From Nitrospiraceae bacterium (GTDB lineage: Bacteria > Nitrospirota > Nitrospiria > Nitrospirales > UBA2166): DNA of 31,382 nucleotides. The stretch spans positions 124,001 through 155,382 of the forward strand of contig PBSN01000007.1 in the NCBI GenBank assembly GCA_002726235.1, written 5' to 3'. A model generated the notes under the pieces. It saw nothing but the letters and a program-made list of their open reading frames with translations, ran no database searches and had not been told where the DNA came from. The first letter of the stretch is position 1. Each line of letters starts with the position of its first letter. The position numbers were made by a program, and so were the translations under genes. Below are positions 21,219 to 30,383 of the stretch, piece after piece.

Positions 21219-21483
21219 ATGCCTGAAAAGCCAGTTGTCTATTCTGTTAGCAAAGTGGGGCTTATTGGTTTGACCAGAGTCCGTTGCAATGTTCTTTATT
21301 CCGATGGTCTTGATACAGGTTTGCCTAAAGAGTGGGCAAGGAAATAATTGACCTAATGTTCATGAGGCGCGTGGAGACTTCTGATGAATGCCAAGGTGTT
21401 TTGGTTTTATTTTTAGTGATACATCTAAGTATATGAATGAAGCATCATTGCATCTAGGGAGAGACAGCGCGGTTTATTGGTAA
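21219..21483 (+). pseudogene. Decayed C-terminal half of a PtmA-like short-chain dehydrogenase
   Basis: KPVVYSVSKVGLIGLTR (YxxxK) and VRCNVL, then frameshifted DECQGVLV and SDTSKYMNEASL...W*. Confidence 0.7.
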
Positions 21484-21512
21484 TAAAACACATAAGTTGT
21501 GGAGAGAATTTC

Positions 21513-22562
21513 ATGAGAATCGGATTTGTGGGCTGCGGAGCAATTTTTTCACATTATGCCAATGTGATTAAAGTACACATTCCCCAAATATCAATCACTG
21601 CTGTTTGCGATCTTGATAAGAGCAAAGGGGACAGTATTAACAATGCTAGCGGGGCTAAATTCTACACGAATATACACAACATGATTGCAGGGCAGAATCT
21701 TGATGCATGTTTTATTCTTACGCCAAGTGGTCTTCATTATGAACACAGCAAGATTTGTTTGAATGCCGGCATAAATACATTTGTCGAGAAACCTATTGCC
21801 CTAACTATTGAACATGCACTTGAGCTGAACAAATTGGCAAAAGAGAAAAACGTTGCATTGGGCGCCGTTTATCAAAACAGGTTTAACAAATCAATTCAAT
21901 TAGCAAAGCAATTAATTGATGACGCTGTTTTTGGGAAAAGAGTACTTACTAGCGTAAGGCTTTTTTGGGCAAGAAATAATGACTATTACAAAGGCTGGAG
22001 AGGTACTTGGGCACTGGATGGAGGGGTGATGGCACAGCAGGCAATTCATCATCTGGATATGTTGCAATGGCTGAATTCACCTATCGAAAAGGTATATTGT
22101 ATGGGAAAAACACTGATTAATAAATTGGAAGCTGAGGATACTGCTATAGGCACTGTTCTTTTTCAGGACGGTTCGTTAGGCTCCTTTCAAGTGACCACAG
22201 CGGCCAGGCCAAAAGATTTAGAAGCATCAATTACAATACTAGGGGAAAACGGATATATTGAAATAGGGGGTCTCGCATTAAATAAAATCAAAGATATCAA
22301 TGTTCCCGATATGAAAATGGGAGGGAAAGATCTGATTGATGAACACAGCGAATCAGTAGAGAAAGGCTACGGCAATGGGCATATTGCATACCTAAAAAAC
22401 GTTTATGAGAGTTTTGTATCTGGGAAAATTGTTGCACCAGTTTCAGGTGAGGATGCTGTTGATTCACTGAAGCTTGTGCAAGCATTGTATATGAGTAGTG
22501 AGAATGACCTGCCTGTACAATTTTCTAATAACATAAAATCAAGAAGACTAGGTGTCCGATGA
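21513..22562 (+). CDS. Gfo/Idh/MocA NAD-dependent oxidoreductase (WlbA/WbpB-like)
   Basis: GFVGCGAI, TPSGLH, VEKP, YQNRFN, WRGTWALDGG...QAIHHLD. Confidence 0.92.
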   Translation: MRIGFVGCGAIFSHYANVIKVHIPQISITAVCDLDKSKGDSINNASGAKFYTNIHNMIAGQNLDACFILTPSGLHYEHSKICLNAGINTFVEKPIALTIEHALELNKLAKEKNVALGAVYQNRFNKSIQLAKQLIDDAVFGKRVLTSVRLFWARNNDYYKGWRGTWALDGGVMAQQAIHHLDMLQWLNSPIEKVYCMGKTLINKLEAEDTAIGTVLFQDGSLGSFQVTTAARPKDLEASITILGENGYIEIGGLALNKIKDINVPDMKMGGKDLIDEHSESVEKGYGNGHIAYLKNVYESFVSGKIVAPVSGEDAVDSLKLVQALYMSSENDLPVQFSNNIKSRRLGVR

Positions 22563-23596
22563 AACCCTTAAGTAGCCTTGTCAATAATACACTTGATGTT
22601 CAACCCACAGATTCATATTGCGGTATATTTGGAGAAACGCCTTCGAGAGGAGCCCGTTCCCCCGTTCTATGGAATGCTTGTTTTGATGCCCTAAATATAT
22701 CGTCCTATTTTTACCCATTTGATGTTCGTGCCGCTGGGTTAGAAAAACTAGTAGTGTATTTGAAGGATGATAAGAGGTTTTTGGGTGGTGCTGTTGCTGT
22801 GCCACACAAGGAAGCAATTATCCCCTTTTTGGATCATGTAGAAGAGGAGGCAAAGCTTATCGGTGCAGTGAATCTTATCTATCGCAAAGATGGGCTACTT
22901 TATGGTGCAAATACAGACGGTATCGGTGCGGTTGCTTCGGTAGCAGAATGTTTTGGCAAAGACATTGATGTATTTGCCAGAGATCAAAAAGTTACCCTGA
23001 TGGGGACTGGTGGAGCTGCCAAGGCCTGTGCGGTATATTTTGCAAAATGTGTTGGTAAAAAAGGCCATATAACTATTATCGGCAGAGATGAAAACAAAGC
23101 AAAGTTATTGAGCGACAAATGCAGTGTTTTCAGCAATGCACGCTTTGGAACGTTTGATTTCCTTGAAGAAGACTTATCTGATTCCGATTTTCTGGTAAAT
23201 TGCACTGTTATTGGATATGAAACCCATGTTCAGGTTGGTGAAACCTATTTTTATAACGAGCCTTTTACACCGCTGTGGTCGATTCCGGAAAGTGGTTTTG
23301 ACAGTGATACTTTGCAATCTCGAAAAGAATGGTTGACAAAGAATATTGCTGCAATACGGTCAAATTATTCAGGGTCATTTTCTATGTTGAGCAGGTTAAA
23401 GCCAACATCAGTAGTCATGGATGTAGTTTATCAGCCTGAGAAGACGCTTTTGTTAAATGTGGCAGGCATGCTAGGGCTTAATACTATTTCTGGCAAAAAA
23501 ATGAATCTTCTTCAAGCGGCATATGGGTTGAAAAAAGCTTTTGCTGATCGTGGCATTTCTTTAAATGAGATAACCAATATAATGAAAAAGGTTTGA
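22559..23596 (+). CDS. Divergent shikimate-dehydrogenase (AroE) family protein
   Basis: RSP.LWN, VPHK, GAVN, NTDGIG, GTGGAA, VNCT, DVVYQP..T, QA. ATGA overlap with the upstream gene. Confidence 0.88.
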   Translation: MKPLSSLVNNTLDVQPTDSYCGIFGETPSRGARSPVLWNACFDALNISSYFYPFDVRAAGLEKLVVYLKDDKRFLGGAVAVPHKEAIIPFLDHVEEEAKLIGAVNLIYRKDGLLYGANTDGIGAVASVAECFGKDIDVFARDQKVTLMGTGGAAKACAVYFAKCVGKKGHITIIGRDENKAKLLSDKCSVFSNARFGTFDFLEEDLSDSDFLVNCTVIGYETHVQVGETYFYNEPFTPLWSIPESGFDSDTLQSRKEWLTKNIAAIRSNYSGSFSMLSRLKPTSVVMDVVYQPEKTLLLNVAGMLGLNTISGKKMNLLQAAYGLKKAFADRGISLNEITNIMKKV

Positions 23597-23597
23597 A

Positions 23598-24449
23598 ATG
23601 AAAGATGTATCAGAAAGCGATTTAACAAATAACATACCATTGGTGGCGCTAAAGGAAGGTGAATCAACTAAGCCAGTTACAGTTGCGGGTGTTGAGTTTG
23701 GCGGGAATGATTTTGCCATTATTGCCGGCCCTTGTACGGTGGAAAGTGAAGAGCAAATAGTAGAGATTGCTGGTGCGGTGAAACAACGTGGTGCAAAGAT
23801 GTTGAGAGGCGGAGCTTTTAAACCGCTCTCTTTCCCTTACCGCAGCGATTCATTTTTTGAACTTGGCGAGGTTGGTCTTGAGTATCTGAATGTCGCTAGG
23901 AAAACACACAACATTCCAGTAGTCACAGAACTAATGGATATTAAATATCTGGACAAACTCTGTGAAAATGCTGATATGATCCAGATTGGTTCAAGAAATA
24001 TGCAGAATTTCAGTTTGCTTGCGGAAGTTGGCGGGTCTGGTTTTCCAGTACTGTTGAAACGTCATTTTGGGTGTAGCTTGCGTGATTGGTTAGGCGCCGC
24101 AGAATATTTGGTGCATTACGGCTGCAAGGGAGTAGTCTTGTGTGAAAGAGGAATTACAGCGCCGCATACGCATGTTGTAACATCACGCTTTATTGTGGAC
24201 TTACAGGTTGTACCTGCAGTTAAGGAACTTTCTCATTTACCGATCATTGTGGATCCCAGTCATTCCACTTTTCGAAGGAATTTTGTGCCACATGTTGCGC
24301 TAGGTGCATGCGGTGTGGGTGCGGATGGTATCATCATTGATGTACATCCAACACCTGAAAAAGCTGCTGTCGATCCTTTAAATGCATTAACGTATGATGC
24401 TTTTGAGACTCTTGTCGGAAAACTCAATAACGTTAAAAAAGTTATTTAA
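23598..24449 (+). CDS. Divergent type I-beta DAHP-synthase family protein (no regulatory domain)
   Basis: [40 protein letters not shown]. Confidence 0.9.
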   Translation: MKDVSESDLTNNIPLVALKEGESTKPVTVAGVEFGGNDFAIIAGPCTVESEEQIVEIAGAVKQRGAKMLRGGAFKPLSFPYRSDSFFELGEVGLEYLNVARKTHNIPVVTELMDIKYLDKLCENADMIQIGSRNMQNFSLLAEVGGSGFPVLLKRHFGCSLRDWLGAAEYLVHYGCKGVVLCERGITAPHTHVVTSRFIVDLQVVPAVKELSHLPIIVDPSHSTFRRNFVPHVALGACGVGADGIIIDVHPTPEKAAVDPLNALTYDAFETLVGKLNNVKKVI

Positions 24450-24456
24450 TTAAGCT

Positions 24457-25797
24457 ATGGGAAAGAAGGTATCCATACTTATCCGTACAAAGAATGAGGG
24501 CCGGTGGATTAAACAATGTTTATCAAGTATACGCGGCCAGAGTTATAGGAATTTTGAAGTCATACTCATTGATAACATGAGTACTGATGCAACGGTAAAA
24601 AAAGCATCTTCCTATGATGTAAAACATGTAAACATTGAAAATTATAGGCCTGGCTATGCGATCAACCAGGGGATAAAGAATAGTACTGGGGACATCTTTG
24701 TTATTCTATCGGGGCATTGCGTACCAACCAATGAATTTTGGTTAGAAAACCTGATAAGTAATCTTGCAGATGAAAATGTAGCTGGCGTATATGGCAGACA
24801 GGAGCCTTTGTCTTTTAGCGCCGATGCAGATAAAAGAGATCTGGCCATTGTTTTTGGATTAGATAAAAAAGTTCAGGAAAAGGATTCTTTTTTTCACAAC
24901 GCCAATAGCGCATTAACAAGAGCAGTGTGGGAAGAATTCCCGTTCGATAATGAAGTCAATCATATTGAGGATCGACTTTGGGGTAAGGATGTTATTCGCG
25001 CAGGTTATAGGATAATTTATGAACCTGAAGCAAGCGTGTACCATTACCACGGCATACATCAGAACAATCATCCTGAAAGGCTGAAAAATGTTGTAAGCAT
25101 ATTGGAAGAACATGATGTTGTACAAAAACATGATCTTGAAAACGGTTGTGATTTTGCAACGATAGTCCCCATCAATGAGCCGCTGGATGAAATCAATGGA
25201 TGTAGCTCTTTGCATTACATCGTGGACACCATTCAGTCTTCTCAATACCTAAGCATGGCGAAGGCGGTTATAGCTACCAATATTCCGACAGTTATTCAGG
25301 AGGCTGAAAAACTGGGGTTTAATCATATTTATCACCGCCCTGATCATCTTTCTGGCCCATTTGTCACATTGAACGCCGTAATTAAACATACTTTAATGGA
25401 GCATGACTTTCATGATGCTTTTCCCGATGCTGTTGTCTATTTGAGTCCCAAATTCCCTTACCGTCCTCATAAGGTCATAGATGGAATGATTTTAGATTTT
25501 ATCGAGGGGGGGTATGATGTTCTTTTTCCAACATACAATGAAAGACGAACAGTATGGTTTAAAGATGACCAGGGCATCGTGCAATATGAAACAACCATGC
25601 CTACAGAACTGAAAAAGGGCATTGAAGTTGCTCTCACAAGTCTCTGCACCATTGCCCGTTCAGAGTATTATCTCGATAAAAAAGATAAAACGCAGATTGG
25701 CCTTTATGAAATTAATGATCCAATATATTTGTATGCGACGGCGCTGGACTTAAAAAGCGATACTGGTAAGCACATAATGCAATATTTATTGAAATAG
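24457..25797 (+). CDS. GT2 glycosyltransferase fused to a degenerate CMP-NeuAc-synthetase-like domain
   Basis: N-terminal VSILIRTKNE, DNMSTD, ED..W. C-terminus ING..SLHY...HRPDHLS...LSPKFPYR resembles NeuA but lacks the PARxGS motif. Confidence 0.82.
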   Translation: MGKKVSILIRTKNEGRWIKQCLSSIRGQSYRNFEVILIDNMSTDATVKKASSYDVKHVNIENYRPGYAINQGIKNSTGDIFVILSGHCVPTNEFWLENLISNLADENVAGVYGRQEPLSFSADADKRDLAIVFGLDKKVQEKDSFFHNANSALTRAVWEEFPFDNEVNHIEDRLWGKDVIRAGYRIIYEPEASVYHYHGIHQNNHPERLKNVVSILEEHDVVQKHDLENGCDFATIVPINEPLDEINGCSSLHYIVDTIQSSQYLSMAKAVIATNIPTVIQEAEKLGFNHIYHRPDHLSGPFVTLNAVIKHTLMEHDFHDAFPDAVVYLSPKFPYRPHKVIDGMILDFIEGGYDVLFPTYNERRTVWFKDDQGIVQYETTMPTELKKGIEVALTSLCTIARSEYYLDKKDKTQIGLYEINDPIYLYATALDLKSDTGKHIMQYLLK

Positions 25798-25800
25798 AAA

Positions 25801-26586
25801 ATGCACAAGTCGGCAGAGAACGTTATATTAATTCCCGCCAGAAGTGGTTCTACCAGAGTCAAGGACAAAAATATTAGGCCACTAAATGGCAAGCCCCTTA
25901 TTTCCTATGCTATTGCTTCAGCCATTGCCGCGAAGTGCGGACCTGTATTTGTTTCTACGGACAGCGATAAATACGGCAACATTGCAAGGGCTTATGGCGC
26001 CGAAGTTCCCTATTTGCGACCAAAGTATCTCTCAACAGCCAAATCATCATCATGTTGGGTCATTGTTCATTTCCTGAAATGGTTTAAAAAAACTGAAGGT
26101 TTTATCCCAGAGTTTATTACCTTTTTTCCACCTACAAATCCGTTGCTGGATGCAAAAACACTCCGGAGGATGCTAAATCGCCTAAAAAAGGCAACGCAAT
26201 TTAACTCGATCGTGACCTATACTGAACCCAAAACTCATCCCTTTTTTATTATTTCCATTGGAGAAAGTGGGCAGATAAAGAACGATGCCGTAATGCTTAA
26301 TGGCAACACGATTAATGATGTTGAGCGGACTCAAGAGTTCCCAAAGGTGTTTCAGGGTTCGCCGGCATGCAGAATTACACGGTCTCGATTTTTTATAGAC
26401 CTGTTGAAGGAAAGTCATCGAGTTAATTGTATTTCATACAATAAAACATACGATTACAAAAACTGTATTGGGCATTTGATATCTCAAGAAGAAGCAAGTG
26501 ACATTGATACACCAGATGATTTTCAACGGGTAGCTAATTATTTATCAGCTAAATCTTGGTCGAAAAAATCAGAGTCGCGGATGTGA
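25801..26586 (+). CDS. Acylneuraminate cytidylyltransferase (NeuA/PseF family)
   Basis: IPARSGSTRVKDKN, GKPLI, VSTDS, RP..LS, PTNP, DIDT.DDF. Confidence 0.92.
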   Translation: MHKSAENVILIPARSGSTRVKDKNIRPLNGKPLISYAIASAIAAKCGPVFVSTDSDKYGNIARAYGAEVPYLRPKYLSTAKSSSCWVIVHFLKWFKKTEGFIPEFITFFPPTNPLLDAKTLRRMLNRLKKATQFNSIVTYTEPKTHPFFIISIGESGQIKNDAVMLNGNTINDVERTQEFPKVFQGSPACRITRSRFFIDLLKESHRVNCISYNKTYDYKNCIGHLISQEEASDIDTPDDFQRVANYLSAKSWSKKSESRM

Positions 26587-26656
26587 AAACTTTACGCGAT
26601 GGCATGTAGATATCNAAAAAAAACTCTGAATATTGAACAATTCAAGGCACTCATTC

Positions 26657-26697
26657 GCGCGAACCGTCAATAAAAAACGGTTTGCGTTCTTCCTTTT
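26657..26697 (+). terminator. Possible intrinsic terminator closing the glycan operon
   Basis: Stem GCGCGAACCGT/ACGGTTTGCGT (with G-U pairs) followed by TCTTCCTTTT. Confidence 0.45.
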
Positions 26698-26730
26698 CAG
26701 TTATCACTCATCGTTTTCTTCTCCTTGCAT

Positions 26731-26818
26731 GCAGTAAACATTGAACCGTGATGCGGAGAAGCGTACACTTGTTCAAGGATGGGGATGGTTTGAGTGAATC
26801 CTGCTGTGCTAGGGAGAA
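26731..26818 (+). promoter_or_regulatory. Intergenic repeat copy 1, sigma70-like promoter
   Basis: GCAGTAAACATTGAAC; TTGAAC-17 bp-TACACT. Confidence 0.7.
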
Positions 26819-26860
26819 GGAGCAAGATGATGAAAAGAATCGTCTGTGATGGAAAGCGCT

Positions 26861-27070
26861 ATGAAATGTAATGTTGGCGGCATTGACCGAGTAATTCGAA
26901 TTCTTGCGGGGAGTATCATTGGGGTCTATGCGATTTGGTGGGGTCCAGCCACTGGAGAGTGGCATCTTGTGTTATATGCGGTAGCGGCCATTGCACTGGC
27001 CACTGGGCTACTGAAGTTTTGTCCCGTGAGCTCTCTCCTTGGAATCAATACCTGTCAGGTTAACAAGTAG
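26861..27070 (+). CDS. DUF2892 (YgaP-like) small membrane protein
   Basis: NVGGIDR..R, TG...FCP...LGINT signature. Confidence 0.9.
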   Translation: MKCNVGGIDRVIRILAGSIIGVYAIWWGPATGEWHLVLYAVAAIALATGLLKFCPVSSLLGINTCQVNK

Positions 27071-27199
27071 CAGGTTTCTGTCATGGCTGTTGGATGATTA
27101 GATGTGCCTGGATTAGGTGGGGCATGGGCAAAACCCCATTCGGGCTGTCGTGCATGGCACAGAATGGGTACTGCTGTGATGCTGCCAGCTCTTCCCCTT

Positions 27200-27319
27200 C
27201 ATTAATCATCGCGTATTGTTTCCCCAGTCTCCGCTATGCGGTGAACATTGAATTGCGTTTTAAGGAGGGTATGCCTCCTCAGTGATGGTGTGAATAATTT
27301 CTGAGGGAATAGGGGGAGA
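27200..27319 (+). repeat. Intergenic repeat copy 2 (more diverged)
   Basis: CATTAATCATCGCGTATTGTT...GCGGTGAACATTGAAT...TCAGTGATG. Confidence 0.6.
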
Positions 27320-27343
27320 TGGAAAAATAATATCAACCAAAGG

Positions 27344-27949
27344 ATGGACACAATGAAATCATTGCTTTCAATCCTATTGTTCATGGGTAGCCTGTTCCTG
27401 ATGTCTGGCCTGGCGCATGCTGAGGAAGTTCCGCTCACAGGGTTCTATGGAGGGCTTGGGACAACGTTTGCTGCTCCAACTGGTAACAACGCGGACAAGT
27501 GGGATGTGGAAAATGGCTTTGGAGGAAATCTCAAACTTGGATATAACATCAATTCTCGCTTTGCTGTGGAGCTTGATAGTCTCGCTGTAGCAGGGTTCAA
27601 AGATCGCTATGATGCTAGGACATTTGGGCTTATAGCGTCCATAAACGGTAAAGGATATTTCATGGAGAGATCAACTGCGAGGCTGTTTCAACCCTATGGA
27701 CTTGTTGGGGTCGGGTATGGACATTTTAATACCGGAAATGGACGTGACGATATTGGAAACGCCATCAATAATGGTGTGGTGGTCGACGGTCCGATGCTGC
27801 GCACTGGGGTGGGAGTGGACTATATTGTGACTAGCACCATCAGTGTTTATGCAGAGGTGTCATACTATAAAGGTGTGGGTGATGGTGATCTTGCTGATTC
27901 ACCATTTGATCTTATTCCTGTGGCGGTGGGAGTTCAGGTTAAGTTCTAA
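27344..27949 (+). CDS. Small outer-membrane beta-barrel protein (OmpA/OmpW-like; start may be 27353)
   Basis: Signal peptide ending AHA, amphipathic strands (LKLGY, PYGLVGVG, GVGVDY), C-terminal Phe. Confidence 0.88.
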   Translation: MDTMKSLLSILLFMGSLFLMSGLAHAEEVPLTGFYGGLGTTFAAPTGNNADKWDVENGFGGNLKLGYNINSRFAVELDSLAVAGFKDRYDARTFGLIASINGKGYFMERSTARLFQPYGLVGVGYGHFNTGNGRDDIGNAINNGVVVDGPMLRTGVGVDYIVTSTISVYAEVSYYKGVGDGDLADSPFDLIPVAVGVQVKF

Positions 27950-28047
27950 AGGCTTTAATTTCAAGTTCATCGATGGAGGGCTACTTGGAAATCGTCGACG
28001 AGCTTCTATCTGATACAGCAATCTGTCTCCTTCCCTGTCCTTGTCCT

Positions 28048-28136
28048 GCGGTAAACATTGAACCGTGATCCAGATAGGCGCATTCTTGCTTCAGTGATGA
28101 TGCAAGTGAATTCTGATTTCTCACTGCTAGAGAGAA
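28048..28136 (+). promoter_or_regulatory. Intergenic repeat copy 3, sigma70-like promoter
   Basis: GCGGTAAACATTGAACCGTGAT; TTGAAC-17 bp-CATTCT; aligns with copy 1 through TGCTAG.GAGAA. Confidence 0.7.
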
Positions 28137-28156
28137 TCGTATGTTCTGGCATCGTG

Positions 28157-28582
28157 ATGCCTTTTCTCGTCATTTTCATTGTGTTCAGCCTCGGATGTGA
28201 ATCCAAAGAAGGGAATCGTTTTGGCGTGATGCACGGATATAACGACTGTATCATCGAAGCAATGAAAGGTGTGCAGAGCAACATCGCGGCTCAGGAAATC
28301 AAGCGCGTTTGTCGAGACACGTTCCCATCTGCCGAGGAAGAAATGAAACGAACTGAGCAAAAAGCGAAACAGGTGACAGAAATTGCGCAAGGGATGACGC
28401 AGGAATTCTTCAGCACGAAAAGATTTGCGGAGAACGGCCAAGCATGGGCGCAATACGATTTGGGTGTGATGTATGCCAATGGGATGGGGGTACCGAAAGA
28501 CGATCAGAAAGCCACACGCTGGTGGAAAAAAGCCGCGGAGGTCGGACATATGGATGCTAAATTTAATCTTGATCTACGATAG
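28157..28582 (+). CDS. Putative lipoprotein with a Sel1-like repeat (start uncertain, possibly truncated)
   Basis: Lipobox-like SLGC; AQYDLGVMYANGMGVPKD..KA..WW.KAAE.G. Stops at the start of a second repeat. Confidence 0.75.
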   Translation: MPFLVIFIVFSLGCESKEGNRFGVMHGYNDCIIEAMKGVQSNIAAQEIKRVCRDTFPSAEEEMKRTEQKAKQVTEIAQGMTQEFFSTKRFAENGQAWAQYDLGVMYANGMGVPKDDQKATRWWKKAAEVGHMDAKFNLDLR

Positions 28583-28857
28583 ATCTACACTACAGCAAGA
28601 CTTGGTGAGTGCATCACATTGCTTTCAGCTAGGCTGAAAGTCGTGAAAGGCCGCTCAGCATTGCACAAGTTCTTTGATTGCTCGTTCAATGCAAGACAAT
28701 TATAAAAGCGATGTTTCAGGCCGAAACCGCGAGCGCGAAAAGTGACTGTTCCAAGAGCCTACGTCGGAGCTACAACTTCCGTTTTCTTAGGATTACTAAT
28801 CCATTGGAGTTTAGGCAAAACGCAATGGAAATGATTGATGCTAGTGAAACATGAATG

Positions 28858-28912
28858 GCCTAACAAGGCGCATCCCCAATGGTTTTGCCGTTGGTTCGAT
28901 TGGCCGTTATCC
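28858..28912 (+). other. Degenerate attC-like site
   Basis: GCCTAAC (RYYYAAC) ... GTTATCC directly before the RBS of the next gene; internal symmetry is poor. Confidence 0.35.
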
Positions 28913-28923
28913 ACGAGGGAATA

Positions 28924-29538
28924 TTGAAGAAGANTGATTACAAGAAAGAGCTGAAGCACCTGTACAATCCCTCCTCTAAATCCATCGCAATCGTTGATAT
29001 TCCTGAAATGGATTTTCTGATGATCGACGGACAAGGAGATCCGAATACATCTCAAGCATACAGTGACGCAATTGAAGCACTCTACGCTGTGTCGTATGCC
29101 ATGAAATTTATGATCAAGAAAGGAGAATTGGAAATTGACTACGGAGTTATGCCATTGGAAGGACTCNGGTGGGTTGATGACATGTCGCAATTTAGCATAG
29201 ACGTCAAGACCAACTGGGAGTGGACTGCAATGATAATGCAACCGGAATGCGTCACACAGGATTTATTTTCCGNAGCCTGCGAACAGGTTGCAAAGAAGAA
29301 GCTGGTTGCACTACCAAAAATCAAGTTTGAATCATATTCTGAAGGAAGAGCAACTCAAACGATGCACCTTGGCCCATTTTCAGAGGAAGGCCCAACCATT
29401 GAGCGTATCCATGATTTTATACGGGACAGCGGATACCGCCGTGTCGGTAAGCATCACGAGATTTACCTGAGTGATATTAGGAAATCTTCCCCGGCGAAAT
29501 GGAAAACAGTCATACGACAACCCGTAAGCAATGGTTGA
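28924..29538 (+). CDS. GyrI-like small-molecule-binding protein
   Basis: K.DYKKELK.LY, FLMIDG.GDPN, VMPLEGL.W, H.GPFSEE, KHHEIYLSD. TTG start after GAGGGA. Confidence 0.9.
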   Translation: MKKXDYKKELKHLYNPSSKSIAIVDIPEMDFLMIDGQGDPNTSQAYSDAIEALYAVSYAMKFMIKKGELEIDYGVMPLEGLXWVDDMSQFSIDVKTNWEWTAMIMQPECVTQDLFSXACEQVAKKKLVALPKIKFESYSEGRATQTMHLGPFSEEGPTIERIHDFIRDSGYRRVGKHHEIYLSDIRKSSPAKWKTVIRQPVSNG

Positions 29539-29604
29539 AAAATCGCGCCACTTGAACGTGAATTCCGCTATGCTTTATTCACGCTGGTGAGTTTGCCATT
29601 GGCC
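29533..29604 (+). other. Degenerate attC-like hairpin
   Basis: Imperfect palindrome CAC..CGTGAAT-TCCGCTATGCTTT-ATTCACG..GTG filling the gap between two co-oriented genes; R boxes degenerate. Confidence 0.45.
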
Positions 29605-29614
29605 AGATGCAAAG

Positions 29615-30235
29615 ATGATTACGCCTAATCAACATTGGAATGCGATCTTTTCCGCCAAGACCGACTCTGAACTCGGTTGGTACGAGAGTGACGCTTCACA
29701 GACGTTAAGCTTTTTCGATTTGATTCCGCAAAGCGAGAATGTCACAGTCTTCCTTCCGGGTTCGGGAACATCCGTGCTTGTCGACGAACTCTTTGCTAGG
29801 GGGCATAAACTTATTCTGAACGATATTAGCGATGAAGCTCTAAATAAGCTGAGAAGAAGAATTGGAATGAATGAGAGATTGACATGGCTTCACCATGATA
29901 TCTCTCATCCTTTGCCTAGTGGTATGCCTCCAGTCGACATCTGGATCGATCGGGCTGTGCTTCATTTTTTACTCGAAGAAGCGGACATTCAAGGATATTT
30001 CACCAACTTACATTCGGCGATCCATGCGGGAGGATATGTATTGCTAGCAGAGTTTTCGGTCGCGGGTGCGCCTACGTGTGCTGGACTGGACCTCCACCGT
30101 TACTCTGTCGAAGAAATGACAGAGCGCATGGGTACAGACTTTGAACTCGTCAAACATGAAGATTACACATTCATCACTCCATTTGGTGACCTGCGTCCCT
30201 ATATCTATGCGCTTTATAGTAAACGTAATGACTAG
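29615..30235 (+). CDS. Class I SAM-dependent methyltransferase
   Basis: HW..IF, WYE, PGSGTS.LVD, NDIS, DRAVLHFL, P.CAGL. Confidence 0.88.
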   Translation: MITPNQHWNAIFSAKTDSELGWYESDASQTLSFFDLIPQSENVTVFLPGSGTSVLVDELFARGHKLILNDISDEALNKLRRRIGMNERLTWLHHDISHPLPSGMPPVDIWIDRAVLHFLLEEADIQGYFTNLHSAIHAGGYVLLAEFSVAGAPTCAGLDLHRYSVEEMTERMGTDFELVKHEDYTFITPFGDLRPYIYALYSKRND

Positions 30236-30296
30236 CAGGGAGACGAGCTATGGCGATTGTAGAGAGCATAGAAATGCATTTGGTCAGGTGCTTCTC

Positions 30297-30383
30297 CATT
30301 GATCATCGCATATCGTTCTCTCTTTCTCTCCTCACCCCCGCCCCGCAGTGAACATTGAACCCTGTTCCGGACAGGCGTATCAT
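30297..30383 (+). promoter_or_regulatory. Intergenic repeat copy 4, sigma70-like promoter
   Basis: CATTGATCATCGCATATCGTT...GCAGTGAACATTGAAC; TTGAAC-17 bp-TATCAT. Confidence 0.7.

Noticed and set aside
24628..24640. GTAAACATTGAA match to the intergenic repeat core
   Set aside because: Inside the GT2 coding sequence with no flanking similarity; likely chance.
28058..28156. N-terminal extension of the Sel1 ORF
   Set aside because: Its TTG start is the -35 box of repeat copy 3; the later start gives a plausible lipoprotein signal.
28759..29241. 160-aa minus-strand ORF
   Set aside because: Antisense to the well-supported GyrI-like gene.
26731..30383. The four-copy repeat as a CRISPR array or IS ends
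   Set aside because: Spacing is irregular and gene-sized, and there are no cas or transposase genes or terminal inverted repeats.
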